Assembly (NCBI GenBank): GCA_002363155.1
Contig: DEWH01000005.1
Span: 44,005 to 108,004, forward strand
Direction: 5' to 3'
Length of the DNA stretch: 64,000 nt
Source of the DNA: Ruminococcaceae bacterium UBA3215
Lineage (GTDB): Bacteria; Bacillota; Clostridia; Oscillospirales; Ruminococcaceae
Positions 19,595 to 29,144 of the stretch are shown piece by piece. A program made the position numbers and the translations under genes. The notes under the pieces were generated by a model that did no database searches, was not told the DNA's origin, and saw only the letters and a list, made by a program, of their open reading frames with translations. Position 1 is the stretch's first letter, and every line of letters begins with the position of its first letter.

Positions 19595-20659
19595 ATGAAG
19601 ATAAAGGCAGCTATGCTTATCTGCGCTCTTTTTGCGGTGATGTTCGCATTCGCCGGCTGCGCGGATAAGAAGGATAATACGTCCGGCTCCGGCACAACAA
19701 GCACCACTACCACAACAACAGCGACTTCCCTCTCGGATATGGCGACCGATGACGGCGAGTATGAAGCCGGTGAGGACGGTGTTGTTACAGATGATCACGC
19801 GGACACCTCTGCTCCCGAAGCAGACCCCTTCGAGTCCGGCAAGGACAGGATCGAGGAGGGCGACGAGTCGCTCCGTCCCGGTGATGTGACAGATGACGGT
19901 ATCGTATCAAGCAAAAATGACAAGGACGAGAAGGTAACTTCCGACGAGGCGGCATTCGCCTCGTCTTACATCACAAAAACCTCGCTTTCGGAGAAGAAGA
20001 TCGGCTGGGGACTCGGCAAGGAGCGCGACAGTTCAAACCGCCCCATAGACGCAGTACGCGCTGAGGAGAAATACTCCTCTCTCGGCGGCAGGTTCATAGC
20101 TTCCGACGGCACGATCTGCCTGACATTCGATGAGGGTTATGAAAACGGCTATACCGCATCTATTCTCGACACGCTGAAAGAAAAGAACGTGAAGGCGGTA
20201 TTCTTCGTAACATACGACTACTGCAAATCGGCTCCCGAACTTGTCCGCCGCATGATCGACGAGGGACATACCGTCGGCAACCACACATGGTCGCACCCGT
20301 CAATGCCGGATCTGACACAGAAGGAAGTCTGGTCGGAAGTCATGAAGCTGCACGAGTATGTAAAGAACGAATTCGGGTATGAGATGACGCTCTTCCGCTT
20401 CCCGAAAGGCGAGTTCTCCGAGCGCACTCTTGATGACCTGCATAATCTCGGCTATACAAGTCTGTTCTGGTCATTTGCGTATGCGGACTGGGATACGAGC
20501 CGGCATACAGACCCGGCGGAGGCTCTTGCAAGGATAGAGGATTCCACACACAGCGGGATTTACCTTCTCCACGCAGTTTCGGATACGAATGCTGAGATCC
20601 TCGGTCCTCTGATCGACTACTGGAAAGAGCAGGGATATACTGTAGAAGCGGAAATTTAA
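19595..20659 (+). CDS. pdaA: PdaA-like spore cortex N-acetylmuramic acid deacetylase, lipoprotein
   Basis: Lipobox FAGC; LTFDEGYENGYT, GNHTWSHP, FRFPKGEFS, WSFAYADW and LLHAVS motifs. Confidence 0.85.
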   Translation: MKIKAAMLICALFAVMFAFAGCADKKDNTSGSGTTSTTTTTTATSLSDMATDDGEYEAGEDGVVTDDHADTSAPEADPFESGKDRIEEGDESLRPGDVTDDGIVSSKNDKDEKVTSDEAAFASSYITKTSLSEKKIGWGLGKERDSSNRPIDAVRAEEKYSSLGGRFIASDGTICLTFDEGYENGYTASILDTLKEKNVKAVFFVTYDYCKSAPELVRRMIDEGHTVGNHTWSHPSMPDLTQKEVWSEVMKLHEYVKNEFGYEMTLFRFPKGEFSERTLDDLHNLGYTSLFWSFAYADWDTSRHTDPAEALARIEDSTHSGIYLLHAVSDTNAEILGPLIDYWKEQGYTVEAEI

Positions 20660-20693
20660 AAGAAAAAGCGAGCAGGGATACCTACTCGCTTTT

Positions 20694-20851
20694 GCTATAC
20701 TCTGATATTTCAGCATGGAGTCTTCGCCGACCCCACTGCATTTCAGTCAAGAGCCGCCCATAGCAGAAAACTTTGAAATACTGCATCAGTTTAGGGTGTC
20801 CAGCCCCCTTTTTTAAAGGGGGCTGGCGGGTCTGGGCGGAGCCCAGTCTCA
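20694..20851 (-). repeat. Mosaic repeat: G module and family A copy 3
   Basis: GTTTAGGGTGTCCAGCCCCCTTTTTTAAAGGGGGCTGGCGGG at 20789-20830; similar to 44684-44845. Confidence 0.8.
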
Positions 20852-20877
20852 AAAATCTTAAAATTCTCTCAAGTCTC

Positions 20878-22254
20878 TCAGAAGAAAATTCTCTCTTCTA
20901 TATAGCTTCTTACTTCGTCGATCGGGATCCTTACCTGCTGCATGGAGTCGCGTTCGCGGACAGTTACGCACTTATCGTTCTCGCTGTCGAAGTCGTAGGT
21001 GATGCAGAACGGGGTTCCGATCTCGTCCTCACGGCGGTAGCGCTTGCCGATAGCACCTGCGTCATCATAATCAACAGAGAAATATTTGCAGAGTTCGTCG
21101 GCAATAGCCTGAGCGGGTTCGGCAAGTTTCTTGGAAAGCGGGAGGACTGCTGCCTTGAACGGAGCAAGGAACGGGTGGAAGTGCATCACATTTCTTGTCG
21201 TGCCGTCTTCAAGCTGCTCCTCGTCATACGCTTCTGTAACAAGTGCAAGGAACAGACGCTCAACACCGAGCGACGGCTCGATAACATAAGGCACATACTT
21301 CTCGTTTGTTTCGGGGTCGAAGTATTCAAGCTTCTGTCCGCTCGTCTTGATGTGCTGTGTGAGGTCATAGTCGGTTCTGTCCGCAACACCCCAGAGCTCG
21401 CCCCAGCCGAACGGGAACATATACTCGAAGTCCGTGGTTGCCTTGGAATAGAAGCAGAGTTCTTCGGGACTGTGGTCGCGCAGGCGCAGATTCTCTTCCT
21501 TTATGCCGAGAGAAAGCAGCCAGTTCTTGCAGAAGTCCTTCCAGTAATGGAACCAGTCAAGATCGGTGCCGGGCTTGCAGAAGAATTCAAGCTCCATCTG
21601 CTCAAATTCTCGTACACGGAAGATGAAGTTGCCGGGGGTTATCTCGTTTCTGAAAGACTTGCCTACCTGACCAACGCCGAAAGGTATCTTCTTGCGGGTG
21701 GTGCGCTGTACATTCGCAAAGTTTACAAAAATGCCCTGCGCAGTCTCGGGACGGAGATACAGCTCGGATTTGCTGTCCTCGGTAACGCCCTGGAATGTCT
21801 TGAACATAAGGTTGAACTGTCTGATATCGGTGAAGTTTGCCTTGCCGCAGTTCGGACACTTGATGCCCTTGTCGCGGATATAGCTCATCATCTGCTCGTT
21901 TGTCCAGCCGGCAACATTCGTGCCGTCGAAATCTTCGATAAGATTGTCGGCGCGGTGACGGGTCTTGCACTCCTTGCAGTCCATAAGCGGATCGGAGAAA
22001 CCGCCGATATGACCGGAAGCCACCCATGTCTGCGGGTTCATAAGGATAGCGCTGTCAAGTCCGACATTGTACTTGTTCTCCTGCACGAACTTCTTTGTCC
22101 ATGCGCGCTTGATGTTGTTCTTCAGCTCAACGCCGAGAGGGCCGTAGTCCCATGTGTTCGCAAGACCGCCGTAGATCTCGCTTCCGGGGTAGATAAAGCC
22201 GCGTCCCTTACAGAGAGCGACGAGCTTGTCCATTGTTTTTTCTGTGTTCTGCAT
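20878..22254 (-). CDS. glyQS: Glycine--tRNA ligase (homodimeric type)
   Basis: [34 protein letters not shown] and IEPSLG motifs. Confidence 0.96.
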   Translation of the reverse strand: MQNTEKTMDKLVALCKGRGFIYPGSEIYGGLANTWDYGPLGVELKNNIKRAWTKKFVQENKYNVGLDSAILMNPQTWVASGHIGGFSDPLMDCKECKTRHRADNLIEDFDGTNVAGWTNEQMMSYIRDKGIKCPNCGKANFTDIRQFNLMFKTFQGVTEDSKSELYLRPETAQGIFVNFANVQRTTRKKIPFGVGQVGKSFRNEITPGNFIFRVREFEQMELEFFCKPGTDLDWFHYWKDFCKNWLLSLGIKEENLRLRDHSPEELCFYSKATTDFEYMFPFGWGELWGVADRTDYDLTQHIKTSGQKLEYFDPETNEKYVPYVIEPSLGVERLFLALVTEAYDEEQLEDGTTRNVMHFHPFLAPFKAAVLPLSKKLAEPAQAIADELCKYFSVDYDDAGAIGKRYRREDEIGTPFCITYDFDSENDKCVTVRERDSMQQVRIPIDEVRSYIEERIFF

Positions 22255-22272
22255 TTTGTTGCTTCCTTTCGT

Positions 22273-22806
22273 TTATTTGTCTATATCAGCTTTTACTGCT
22301 CTGAATACTTCAATATATGTGTTTGAGAAATCGGCGGGGGCTTCTTCGAGCTCCTTGTCGAGTTTATGCACTTCTTCGACGTCCGCTGCCGTAAGATTAT
22401 TTTCTCCTTTTTCACAGAAGCCGAGGAATTTCCGGCATTTGCTCAGATACTCGCGCTCGGATTTCAGCGAATCGACGATCTTTTTCTGCTTATCGGCATA
22501 CTGCTCGGGCGGGGTGACGCTTTCCACCTTGTTTAAAGCGGCTTCCATATTGTCAAGATCTTTCCCGGCCGCGTCAAAATCCTTCGCTTCAAGGTGGTCT
22601 GTAAGGGGGAAGCTGCATTCCGCGTATTCGTGGAAGACCTTTTTCAGCGTTTCGAGGTATTCCTTGCCGTCGGCAGCAACGCGCACCTCAGCGCCTGCAG
22701 CTGTTGTTACTGCCGGTGAAGCGGAAGACTGTGCGCCGCCGCAGCCGGAGGCTATCATTGCCGCAAGAATAAGTGATAACACTATTATATTGTTTCTTTT
22801 TTGCAT
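22273..22806 (-). CDS. Hypothetical helical lipoprotein
   Basis: Signal peptide with ASGC lipobox; GGAG RBS. Confidence 0.7.
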   Translation of the reverse strand: MQKRNNIIVLSLILAAMIASGCGGAQSSASPAVTTAAGAEVRVAADGKEYLETLKKVFHEYAECSFPLTDHLEAKDFDAAGKDLDNMEAALNKVESVTPPEQYADKQKKIVDSLKSEREYLSKCRKFLGFCEKGENNLTAADVEEVHKLDKELEEAPADFSNTYIEVFRAVKADIDK

Positions 22807-22943
22807 TTCGTTCTCCCTGCTTTATAATATTAATATATAGTGTATTATAGCATATTCGTGTGTAATTGTCAATATAACGAAACGGCGGCGCAGTTGAAAC
22901 TGCACCGCTGTTTTATATGCGACATAAATATGATATTAAATAC

Positions 22944-23576
22944 TTACTTTTTCTTAACAATTAGAGTTATTTCTGCGTAGTCACCGTTGTTCATATAAGC
23001 GCGTATTTTCGCCTTGCCCGCTTTCTTACAGGTGACGGTACCTCCGTCAACGGAAGCTACTGCCGACTTTGTAGTTTTCCATGTGCATTTGCCGGTGTAG
23101 TTGCTTGCAAGTGCGGAGAAGTCAAGCGCGTCACCGACTTTTACGTTGAGAGCGAGGGAGATAATGGGAGTGTTGTCGGGAGTGAAAGTGTAATATAAAT
23201 CAGAAAAATCTCCATTTTTGTCCCCGACAACTTGCAAATAATAAGTACCTTTCTTTTCAATAGCTATGGTCTTAGAACGACCCAAATTAAAAATATAATC
23301 TGCGATTTTTTCACCGTTCGAATTATACAATATGGTGTCACTCGTTGCTATATAGTGATAATCTCTATACCGAAATGTTATTTCGCCTGAATCGTTTAAC
23401 ACTATTTTATAATAAACAGTTTGTCTATTCGATTTGAATGTCATGTTGTATGTTTCTAAAGCATCAATCTTTACAGCCCCGTCAAAAACACTTTTCGCAC
23501 TTACCTGCACACTAAAGCAGCACACAAACATAATAACCGACAAGAGCACCGCTGTCAGCTTCTTTAACTTTGTCAT
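22944..23576 (-). CDS. Secreted protein with C-terminal bacterial Ig-like (Big_2) domain
   Basis: Signal peptide ...VSA; WKTTKSAVASVDGGTVTCKKAGKAKI; GGAGG RBS. Confidence 0.75.
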   Translation of the reverse strand: MTKLKKLTAVLLSVIMFVCCFSVQVSAKSVFDGAVKIDALETYNMTFKSNRQTVYYKIVLNDSGEITFRYRDYHYIATSDTILYNSNGEKIADYIFNLGRSKTIAIEKKGTYYLQVVGDKNGDFSDLYYTFTPDNTPIISLALNVKVGDALDFSALASNYTGKCTWKTTKSAVASVDGGTVTCKKAGKAKIRAYMNNGDYAEITLIVKKK

Positions 23577-23613
23577 ACTATTTTCCTCCGTAAATTGAAT
23601 TTTGTCGTGAAAG

Positions 23614-23786
23614 AAAAAAGTGCGCAGCAAAGAGCCGCGCACCCGTAAAAATGCAAAGCTCGATTTGCTGCGACACAAATTTCTTTCAACAATGTTATTG
23701 AAGTACGAAGAAGAGCCTGCAAATTTACCATAGTATTATGATAAATTCAGACTTCAATAAACATTGCTATTAAAATTTATGTCGCA
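23614..23786 (-). ncRNA. Putative structured leader or sRNA ending in an intrinsic terminator
   Basis: Promoter TTGACA-17-TAAAAT (23820-23792); long hairpin 23786-23669; terminator 23642-23614. Confidence 0.55.
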
Positions 23787-23882
23787 ATTATATTTTACCA
23801 TATACGGAGAAAATTGTCAATAAAAACTCCCGACACATAAACTGCGCCGGGAGCAATATTATCATACTGTGCTGTGACTTGT

Positions 23883-23970
23883 CAAGTTCCGTGTTACGGA
23901 CATTCGCCGCGGGGCGTTCCCCGCCGCGATCCAGCCGCGCAGGCTGGCGCCGTCCGCGTAGGACAACGCG
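23883..23970 (+). repeat. Mosaic repeat (F and C modules)
   Basis: CAAGTTCCGTGTTACGG plus CGCCGCGGGGCGTTCCCCGCCG...CGTCCGCGTAGGAC, shared with 38750-38790 and 56820-56845. Confidence 0.75.
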
Positions 23971-23978
23971 TCAGCGGC

Positions 23979-25043
23979 TTATTCAACAACCTGTGTCCAG
24001 CCGAACTCGTCCGGGATACGACCCCACTGGATTCCGGTGAGGGTATCATAAAGCATCTGGGAGATCGGTCCGATCTTGCCGTCGTTGATCTTCATTACGA
24101 GATCGCCGTACTTGAGCTCACCGATAGGCGAGATAACGGCTGCTGTACCTGTACCGAATGCTTCTTTGAGTGTTCCCTTCTTGTAGTTGTCAACTATCTC
24201 GTCGATAGGCAGAAGTCTCTCGGAAACCTTGTAGCCCTTTGCGCGGAGAAGCTCGATCATTGACATTCTCGTGATGCCGCCGAGGATAGAACCGCGGAGC
24301 TCCGGAGTTACTACCTCGTCACCGAGAACAAACATTACGTTCATTGAGCCGACTTCCTCAACGTACTTTCTCTCAACGCCGTCCAGCCAGAGTGTCTGCT
24401 CATAGCCCTGCTCTGCTGCTTCTTCCTGACCCTTGAGGGAGATAGCGTAGTTAGCGCCTGCCTTTGTGAAACCTGTGCCGCCGATGACTGCACGGACGTA
24501 CTTCTGCTCCACGAAGATCTTTACGGGCTCGATGCCCTTTTCGTAGTAAGCGCCTACAGGCGAGAGGATAACGCAGAAGATGAGGTGCTTTGCGGGGTGA
24601 ACGCCTACATGGTGGTCAACCGCGAATACGAACGGACGGATATAGAGGGAAGTATCCTTCTCTGTGGGGATCCAGTCCTGATCGATCTTAACAAGCTCCT
24701 TGATAGCCTTGATGACGAAATCGCCGTCGAACTTCGGAATGCAGAGACGCTCGCAGGAAACGTTCATTCTTGCCATATTCTTTTCGGGGCGGAAGAGCTG
24801 GATCTTGCCGCTCTCTGTGCGGTAAGCCTTCATGCCCTCGAAGCATTCCTGTGCGTAGTGGAGAACCATGGAAGCGGGGTCAAGCTCGAAAGGAGCGTAG
24901 GGAACGATGCGTGCGTCATGCCAGCCTTCGCCGTCGTCATAGTTCATAACGAACATATGGTCGGTGTAGTAGTTGCCGAATCCGAGTTTTGTCTGATCGG
25001 GCTTCTGCTTGGGATTTGTGGTTTTCGTGATCTTGATTTCCAT
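23979..25043 (-). CDS. ilvE: Branched-chain amino acid aminotransferase
   Basis: LHYAQECFEGMKAY, LYIRPF, KAGANY, EEVGSMN and GTGTAAVISP motifs. Confidence 0.95.
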   Translation of the reverse strand: MEIKITKTTNPKQKPDQTKLGFGNYYTDHMFVMNYDDGEGWHDARIVPYAPFELDPASMVLHYAQECFEGMKAYRTESGKIQLFRPEKNMARMNVSCERLCIPKFDGDFVIKAIKELVKIDQDWIPTEKDTSLYIRPFVFAVDHHVGVHPAKHLIFCVILSPVGAYYEKGIEPVKIFVEQKYVRAVIGGTGFTKAGANYAISLKGQEEAAEQGYEQTLWLDGVERKYVEEVGSMNVMFVLGDEVVTPELRGSILGGITRMSMIELLRAKGYKVSERLLPIDEIVDNYKKGTLKEAFGTGTAAVISPIGELKYGDLVMKINDGKIGPISQMLYDTLTGIQWGRIPDEFGWTQVVE

Positions 25044-25324
25044 AATATTGCCTTCCTTTTCATTTTTGTCCTGTGGACCGTATTCCTATATATTATACCA
25101 CTGTTTTTGCAATTTGTAAATAGATTTGTTGCAAAAGAATGTTGTTATTGACATTTTTTTAGGAATATGGTATTATTTGTGCAGCAGGGTATTTCCTGTG
25201 TATAAATATTCTGTCAGGAAAAGCACATTCGTTTGCAGGAACGGTATAATGTGGCGATCCCGACAGGAGCAGCCGAAAAGGCGGTCTTTCTCTCGCTCCC
25301 TTGAAAAAAGGGGGTGGTGTCCGA

Positions 25325-25432
25325 ATGGAAACGTACATAACTGTTGAAACATTGGTTCAAATCGGTATTTATATGTGTGCGTATACGACATTACTCTTTG
25401 TATTGTTCGACCATTTTGATAAAAAGAAATAA
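25325..25432 (+). CDS. 35-aa type I toxin-like membrane peptide (holin-like toxin type)
   Basis: METYITVETLVQIGIYMCAYTTLLFVLFDHFDKKK; one hydrophobic helix and KKK tail; purine-rich RBS AAAGGGGTGGTG. Confidence 0.75.
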   Translation: METYITVETLVQIGIYMCAYTTLLFVLFDHFDKKK

Positions 25433-25516
25433 CCGCCCGAGCCTCACAAACTTGGCGGTTAATTCTTAACAGTTAATCAACAAGGGAGCGAGACCGTTTG
25501 TCGGCTGCTCTTGTTG
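25420..25516 (-). ncRNA. Putative antisense antitoxin RNA
   Basis: Perfect minus-strand TTGACA(25550-25545)-17-TATAAT(25527-25522) with no ORF downstream; ends at the TAACCGCC...GGCGGTTA hairpin over the toxin stop. Confidence 0.65.
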
Positions 25517-25572
25517 TTTATATTATAACACTTTTTCTGTCCCCTGTCAAGGGACAGTTTTTTAGGCTCTTA

Positions 25573-25895
25573 TCCGATAGGTGTGGGCAATAAAATAAAG
25601 GTTTGTAGGGATATGACCGCATTTATTCCACGGTCATCTTGACACGATGCCTCTCGTTCGATGCTGTAATGCGCGCATCGTGCGCGCTTTTGGCATCGAA
25701 CTGAACGCTTCGTGCGTTCGATTCAAGTGTGATAGTCGGGCAGCACCGGCAGGCACCCCTAAAGGGCTGCTGCCGCAGTAGTCCCTTCAGGGGCTATCTG
25801 CCAGCTACACAGCCTATCACATTTGAAACTCATGTCAAGATGCTTTCGCGGTATAAACGCTGTATTCTGCGTTTTTTCGACCCACACTTACCGGA
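25573..25895 (+). other. Nested multi-hairpin non-coding element containing a D motif
   Basis: Three concentric complementary pairs plus internal hairpins (see findings). Confidence 0.6.
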
Positions 25896-25954
25896 GATGC
25901 CTCTCAGTTTATAATCTATTTGCAGACTCTCAGATTTCCGTATTACGGGACTAA

Positions 25955-26011
25955 GTTTAGGGTCCAGCCCTTTTTAAAGGGCTGGCGGGTCCGGGCAGAG
26001 CCCGGGTCTCA
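25955..26011 (-). repeat. Family A repeat, copy 4
   Basis: GTTTAGGGTCCAGCCCTTTTTAAAGGGCTGGCGGGTCCGGGCAGAGCCCGGGTCTCA. Confidence 0.85.
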
Positions 26012-26021
26012 AAAAAATCTT

Positions 26022-28214
26022 TTAAATCTCTTTAAAATACGCGATATAGCTCTGGAAATCTCCCCACATATTGGGGATATCAAAGCCGTTATTCATCAGA
26101 AACGCTCCGGAGAACACCTTGCCGGACTCCTCATGCTTGTAGTACTTCGACTTGTCGAGCCCTTTCAGCTTTACGCGGTGCAGGAAAACGCTCGGTTCTT
26201 TCAGCACAGTCACATATTCAAGCAGAGTCTCGCTCTTGTCCTTTGATACGAACTGCCATGCATCGAAGCGGTCATTTGCGAACGGATCGCCGATGCGGTA
26301 ATAGTCGCCGGTGCGCACAAGGGGATTGTACTTGTTGAATTCGGCGATCTGCTCCTTTATCGCGGCCTTGTCATCATCGCTTATGCGAGTGACATCAAGC
26401 TCGTAGCCGAATGTACCTACCATTGCCACATGACCGCGCGTCTTGAACGGCGTGATCCTGCCGACGCAGTGGTTCGGGCTGTCGGAGACATGGGCTCCGA
26501 AGCAGGAGCAGGGATAGCACATCGATGTACCGTACTGTATCTTGAGACGCTCGATCGCGTCGGTGTCGTCGCTCGTCCATATCTGCGGAGAGTAGTAGAG
26601 CATTCCCGCGTCAAATCTCGAACCGCCGCCTGCACAGTTCTCCAGCAGCAGATCGGGGAAGTCCGTGAGCAGGCGCTCCTGCATCTCGTACACGCCGAGA
26701 ACGTAGCGGTGCCAGATCTCGCGCTGTCTTTCCGGCGGGAATATCTCGTTGCCGACTTCGCAGAGCTGGCGGTTCATATCCCACTTTACATACTCTATGT
26801 TCGCGGAAGAGAGTATCTCGTGCATACGTCCGTAGATATAGTCGCGTATCTCTTTGCGTGAGAAGTCGAGAACGAGCTGGGAACGGGCTGTGGTGCGGGG
26901 TCTGCCCTCGATATGCAGGCACCAGTCGGGGTGAGCCTTGTATAGTTCGCTGTCCGGGCTTATCATTTCCGGCTCGAACCATATACCGAATTTCAGCCCT
27001 ATCTTGTTCACTTCATCAACAAGATACTTCAGTCCGCCCTTTATCTTCTCCTCGTTCACGAACCAGTCTCCGAGCGAGGAACGGTCATCGTTCCTGTGTC
27101 CGAACCAGCCGTCGTCCATTACCAGCATCTCGATGCCGGCTTTCTTTGCTTCTCTTGCAATGTCAAGCAGCTTCTCTGTATCGAAGTTGAAATACGTCGC
27201 TTCCCAGTTGTTGATAAGTATCGGTCTGCGGATATCCTTCCACTTGCCGCGTATAAGATTGTTACGCATTACGTCGTGGAAGCTGCGGGACATCTTTCCG
27301 AGTCCTTCCGCGGAGTAGGTCATAATGACTTCGGGAGCCTGGAATTCCTCGCCGGGCTCAAGGTGCCATGAGAAGTCGTAGGGGTTCTCGCCCATTACTA
27401 TACGGGTCTTTTCGTACTGATTGACCTCCGCGAGAGCGAGGAACGAGCCCGACCAGCAGAACGCGAAGCCGTAGCACTCGCCGTAGTCTTCTGTTGCCGT
27501 GTGGTCGCATATCGCAATGAAGTTGTTGTGCGCATGGCTGGTGGAGCCACGGTTGGAGTCTATGGACTGCTTGCCGAAGCGCAGAGGGAAGCGCTGGACG
27601 TGACGCTCTCTTGCCCATGTGCCGTACAGCGTTATCATATCGTAGTCCATTCTGTCAAGCTCTACGCAGCAGGACAGGAGTCTCTGGAGTTCAAGCGGGT
27701 CACTGCCCTTATTGGTGACCTTGACAGAGCGGGTGATTATATCGACTTTCTCGAAAACGCTGTATTGCAGTATTATCTCCAGTCCGGTGTGGGGGTCCTC
27801 GCAGATAAGATCGAGAGATGTCACCTCATCGTCGCTGTTGGCAAATGTTGCCGGAAGTCCGGGGAGCTTTTTCTTGCCCTTGTAGATCTCATGGCTCTTG
27901 TAGTAGATCTCGCAGGCAGTCATACCGAGTTTGTCCTTTACCTGCATACACGGCTCGCGGAAATCCGCGACTCCGCTTGTGGAATACTCTATTGCCGCGC
28001 AGTCGAAGGAATGCGGTCCCATAGCGTCGTGAACTGCGGGAACAAACGGCTCGCCGTTCGGGATACGCAGGTTGTAGGTAAGATCTGTCTCCGGAACAGT
28101 GGCACCATAGTAGAGGTGCAGCAGGTTCCTGCTCTCGGTGATATGGAACGCGTAGCTTGACGCGGGAGTGTCAAGCTTGAATACGCGGGCTTTTTCGTTG
28201 TAGATTATTGGCAT
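26022..28214 (-). CDS. Alpha-galactosidase (GH36)
   Basis: INNWEATYF, VMDDGWFG, FGIWFEPEM, YVKWDMNR and WTSDDTD motifs. Confidence 0.95.
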   Translation of the reverse strand: MPIIYNEKARVFKLDTPASSYAFHITESRNLLHLYYGATVPETDLTYNLRIPNGEPFVPAVHDAMGPHSFDCAAIEYSTSGVADFREPCMQVKDKLGMTACEIYYKSHEIYKGKKKLPGLPATFANSDDEVTSLDLICEDPHTGLEIILQYSVFEKVDIITRSVKVTNKGSDPLELQRLLSCCVELDRMDYDMITLYGTWARERHVQRFPLRFGKQSIDSNRGSTSHAHNNFIAICDHTATEDYGECYGFAFCWSGSFLALAEVNQYEKTRIVMGENPYDFSWHLEPGEEFQAPEVIMTYSAEGLGKMSRSFHDVMRNNLIRGKWKDIRRPILINNWEATYFNFDTEKLLDIAREAKKAGIEMLVMDDGWFGHRNDDRSSLGDWFVNEEKIKGGLKYLVDEVNKIGLKFGIWFEPEMISPDSELYKAHPDWCLHIEGRPRTTARSQLVLDFSRKEIRDYIYGRMHEILSSANIEYVKWDMNRQLCEVGNEIFPPERQREIWHRYVLGVYEMQERLLTDFPDLLLENCAGGGSRFDAGMLYYSPQIWTSDDTDAIERLKIQYGTSMCYPCSCFGAHVSDSPNHCVGRITPFKTRGHVAMVGTFGYELDVTRISDDDKAAIKEQIAEFNKYNPLVRTGDYYRIGDPFANDRFDAWQFVSKDKSETLLEYVTVLKEPSVFLHRVKLKGLDKSKYYKHEESGKVFSGAFLMNNGFDIPNMWGDFQSYIAYFKEI

Positions 28215-28274
28215 GTTTTTTTCCTTTCGTTTTATCTTTTTCCGATCATATCCGGAAGTACAGCGCAAAGGCGC

Positions 28275-29144
28275 TTAAAGCACCGGCTCGTTGCCCTCGT
28301 TGCGGACTTCCTTGGTATGGAGGGCGAACACTGTCACAAAGTACAGTACCACCGATATCACGATCGCCGTCCCGAAGCTTACCGCGATATTCAGTGAAGA
28401 GAGGTCATTTGAAGTTCCTGCCGCGTCAAGCGCTGACATAAGCACGCTTCCGGATTTGCCGGAGACCCTTGCAGCTGCAAGAGATATCGAGCTCAGCGCC
28501 AGCGGATTGAAGCGGTCAACGCGGAACAGCGCAAGTATCGTGGGCAGAAACATCTGCATCGCGATTACGATAACAACAGCAGCATTAGACTTTCCGGTGC
28601 TGAGTCCCACACAGAACTGGAGCGCTGTGCAGAACGCGAGAAAGACTCCGGCAGCAGACGCGGACAGCATTATCATGTTCCAGTCAAGCCCACCGGGGAA
28701 CATTGCCGCCGAAACTGCGGCTCCAAGAACGACAGCGAGGAACGATACCGCGAATATGGAGAGCGGGTAGATGATGAACTTCGGGAGAATATATCTTTCC
28801 GGCGATATCCCTGCGCACTGCGGTATTATTACCGAGCGCTTCTTCTGTTCGCCGCCCGCGGCAGCCTTGAAAATGAACAGTATTATTATAGCGCCTATGC
28901 CGCTTATATACTCTGAATTGTACACCGCGATATCCGACGCGGAAAAGCTCGAAAACTCCTCTGCCAGCTCGGAGTAAGTTCCGTCCGGCATAGCCTCCTT
29001 CATCATCTGCATCATCTGCGAGGTCATACCGAACAAGAGCGGTGACATCACCGCCAGTGCTATCATAACGATCAGCAGAGTTATGAGCCTTCCGCCGCGC
29101 ATAAAGAACATCAGTTCTTTTCTGAATCCGTTTATCACCGCCAA
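28275..29144 (-). CDS. ABC-2 type transporter permease
   Basis: About six TM segments; overlaps the ABC ATPase gene. Confidence 0.8.
   Translation of the reverse strand: MAVINGFRKELMFFMRGGRLITLLIVMIALAVMSPLLFGMTSQMMQMMKEAMPDGTYSELAEEFSSFSASDIAVYNSEYISGIGAIIILFIFKAAAGGEQKKRSVIIPQCAGISPERYILPKFIIYPLSIFAVSFLAVVLGAAVSAAMFPGGLDWNMIMLSASAAGVFLAFCTALQFCVGLSTGKSNAAVVIVIAMQMFLPTILALFRVDRFNPLALSSISLAAARVSGKSGSVLMSALDAAGTSNDLSSLNIAVSFGTAIVISVVLYFVTVFALHTKEVRNEGNEPVL

Noticed and set aside
23614-23786. Structured RNA as 6S RNA
   Set aside because: Size is similar, but there is no large central bubble and the 5' end does not pair with the 3' end
25126-25391. ORF-track calls 25126-25347 (+) and 25173-25391 (-)
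   Set aside because: Both overlap promoter and UTR signals; the 35-aa frame at 25325 has the RBS and toxin-like composition
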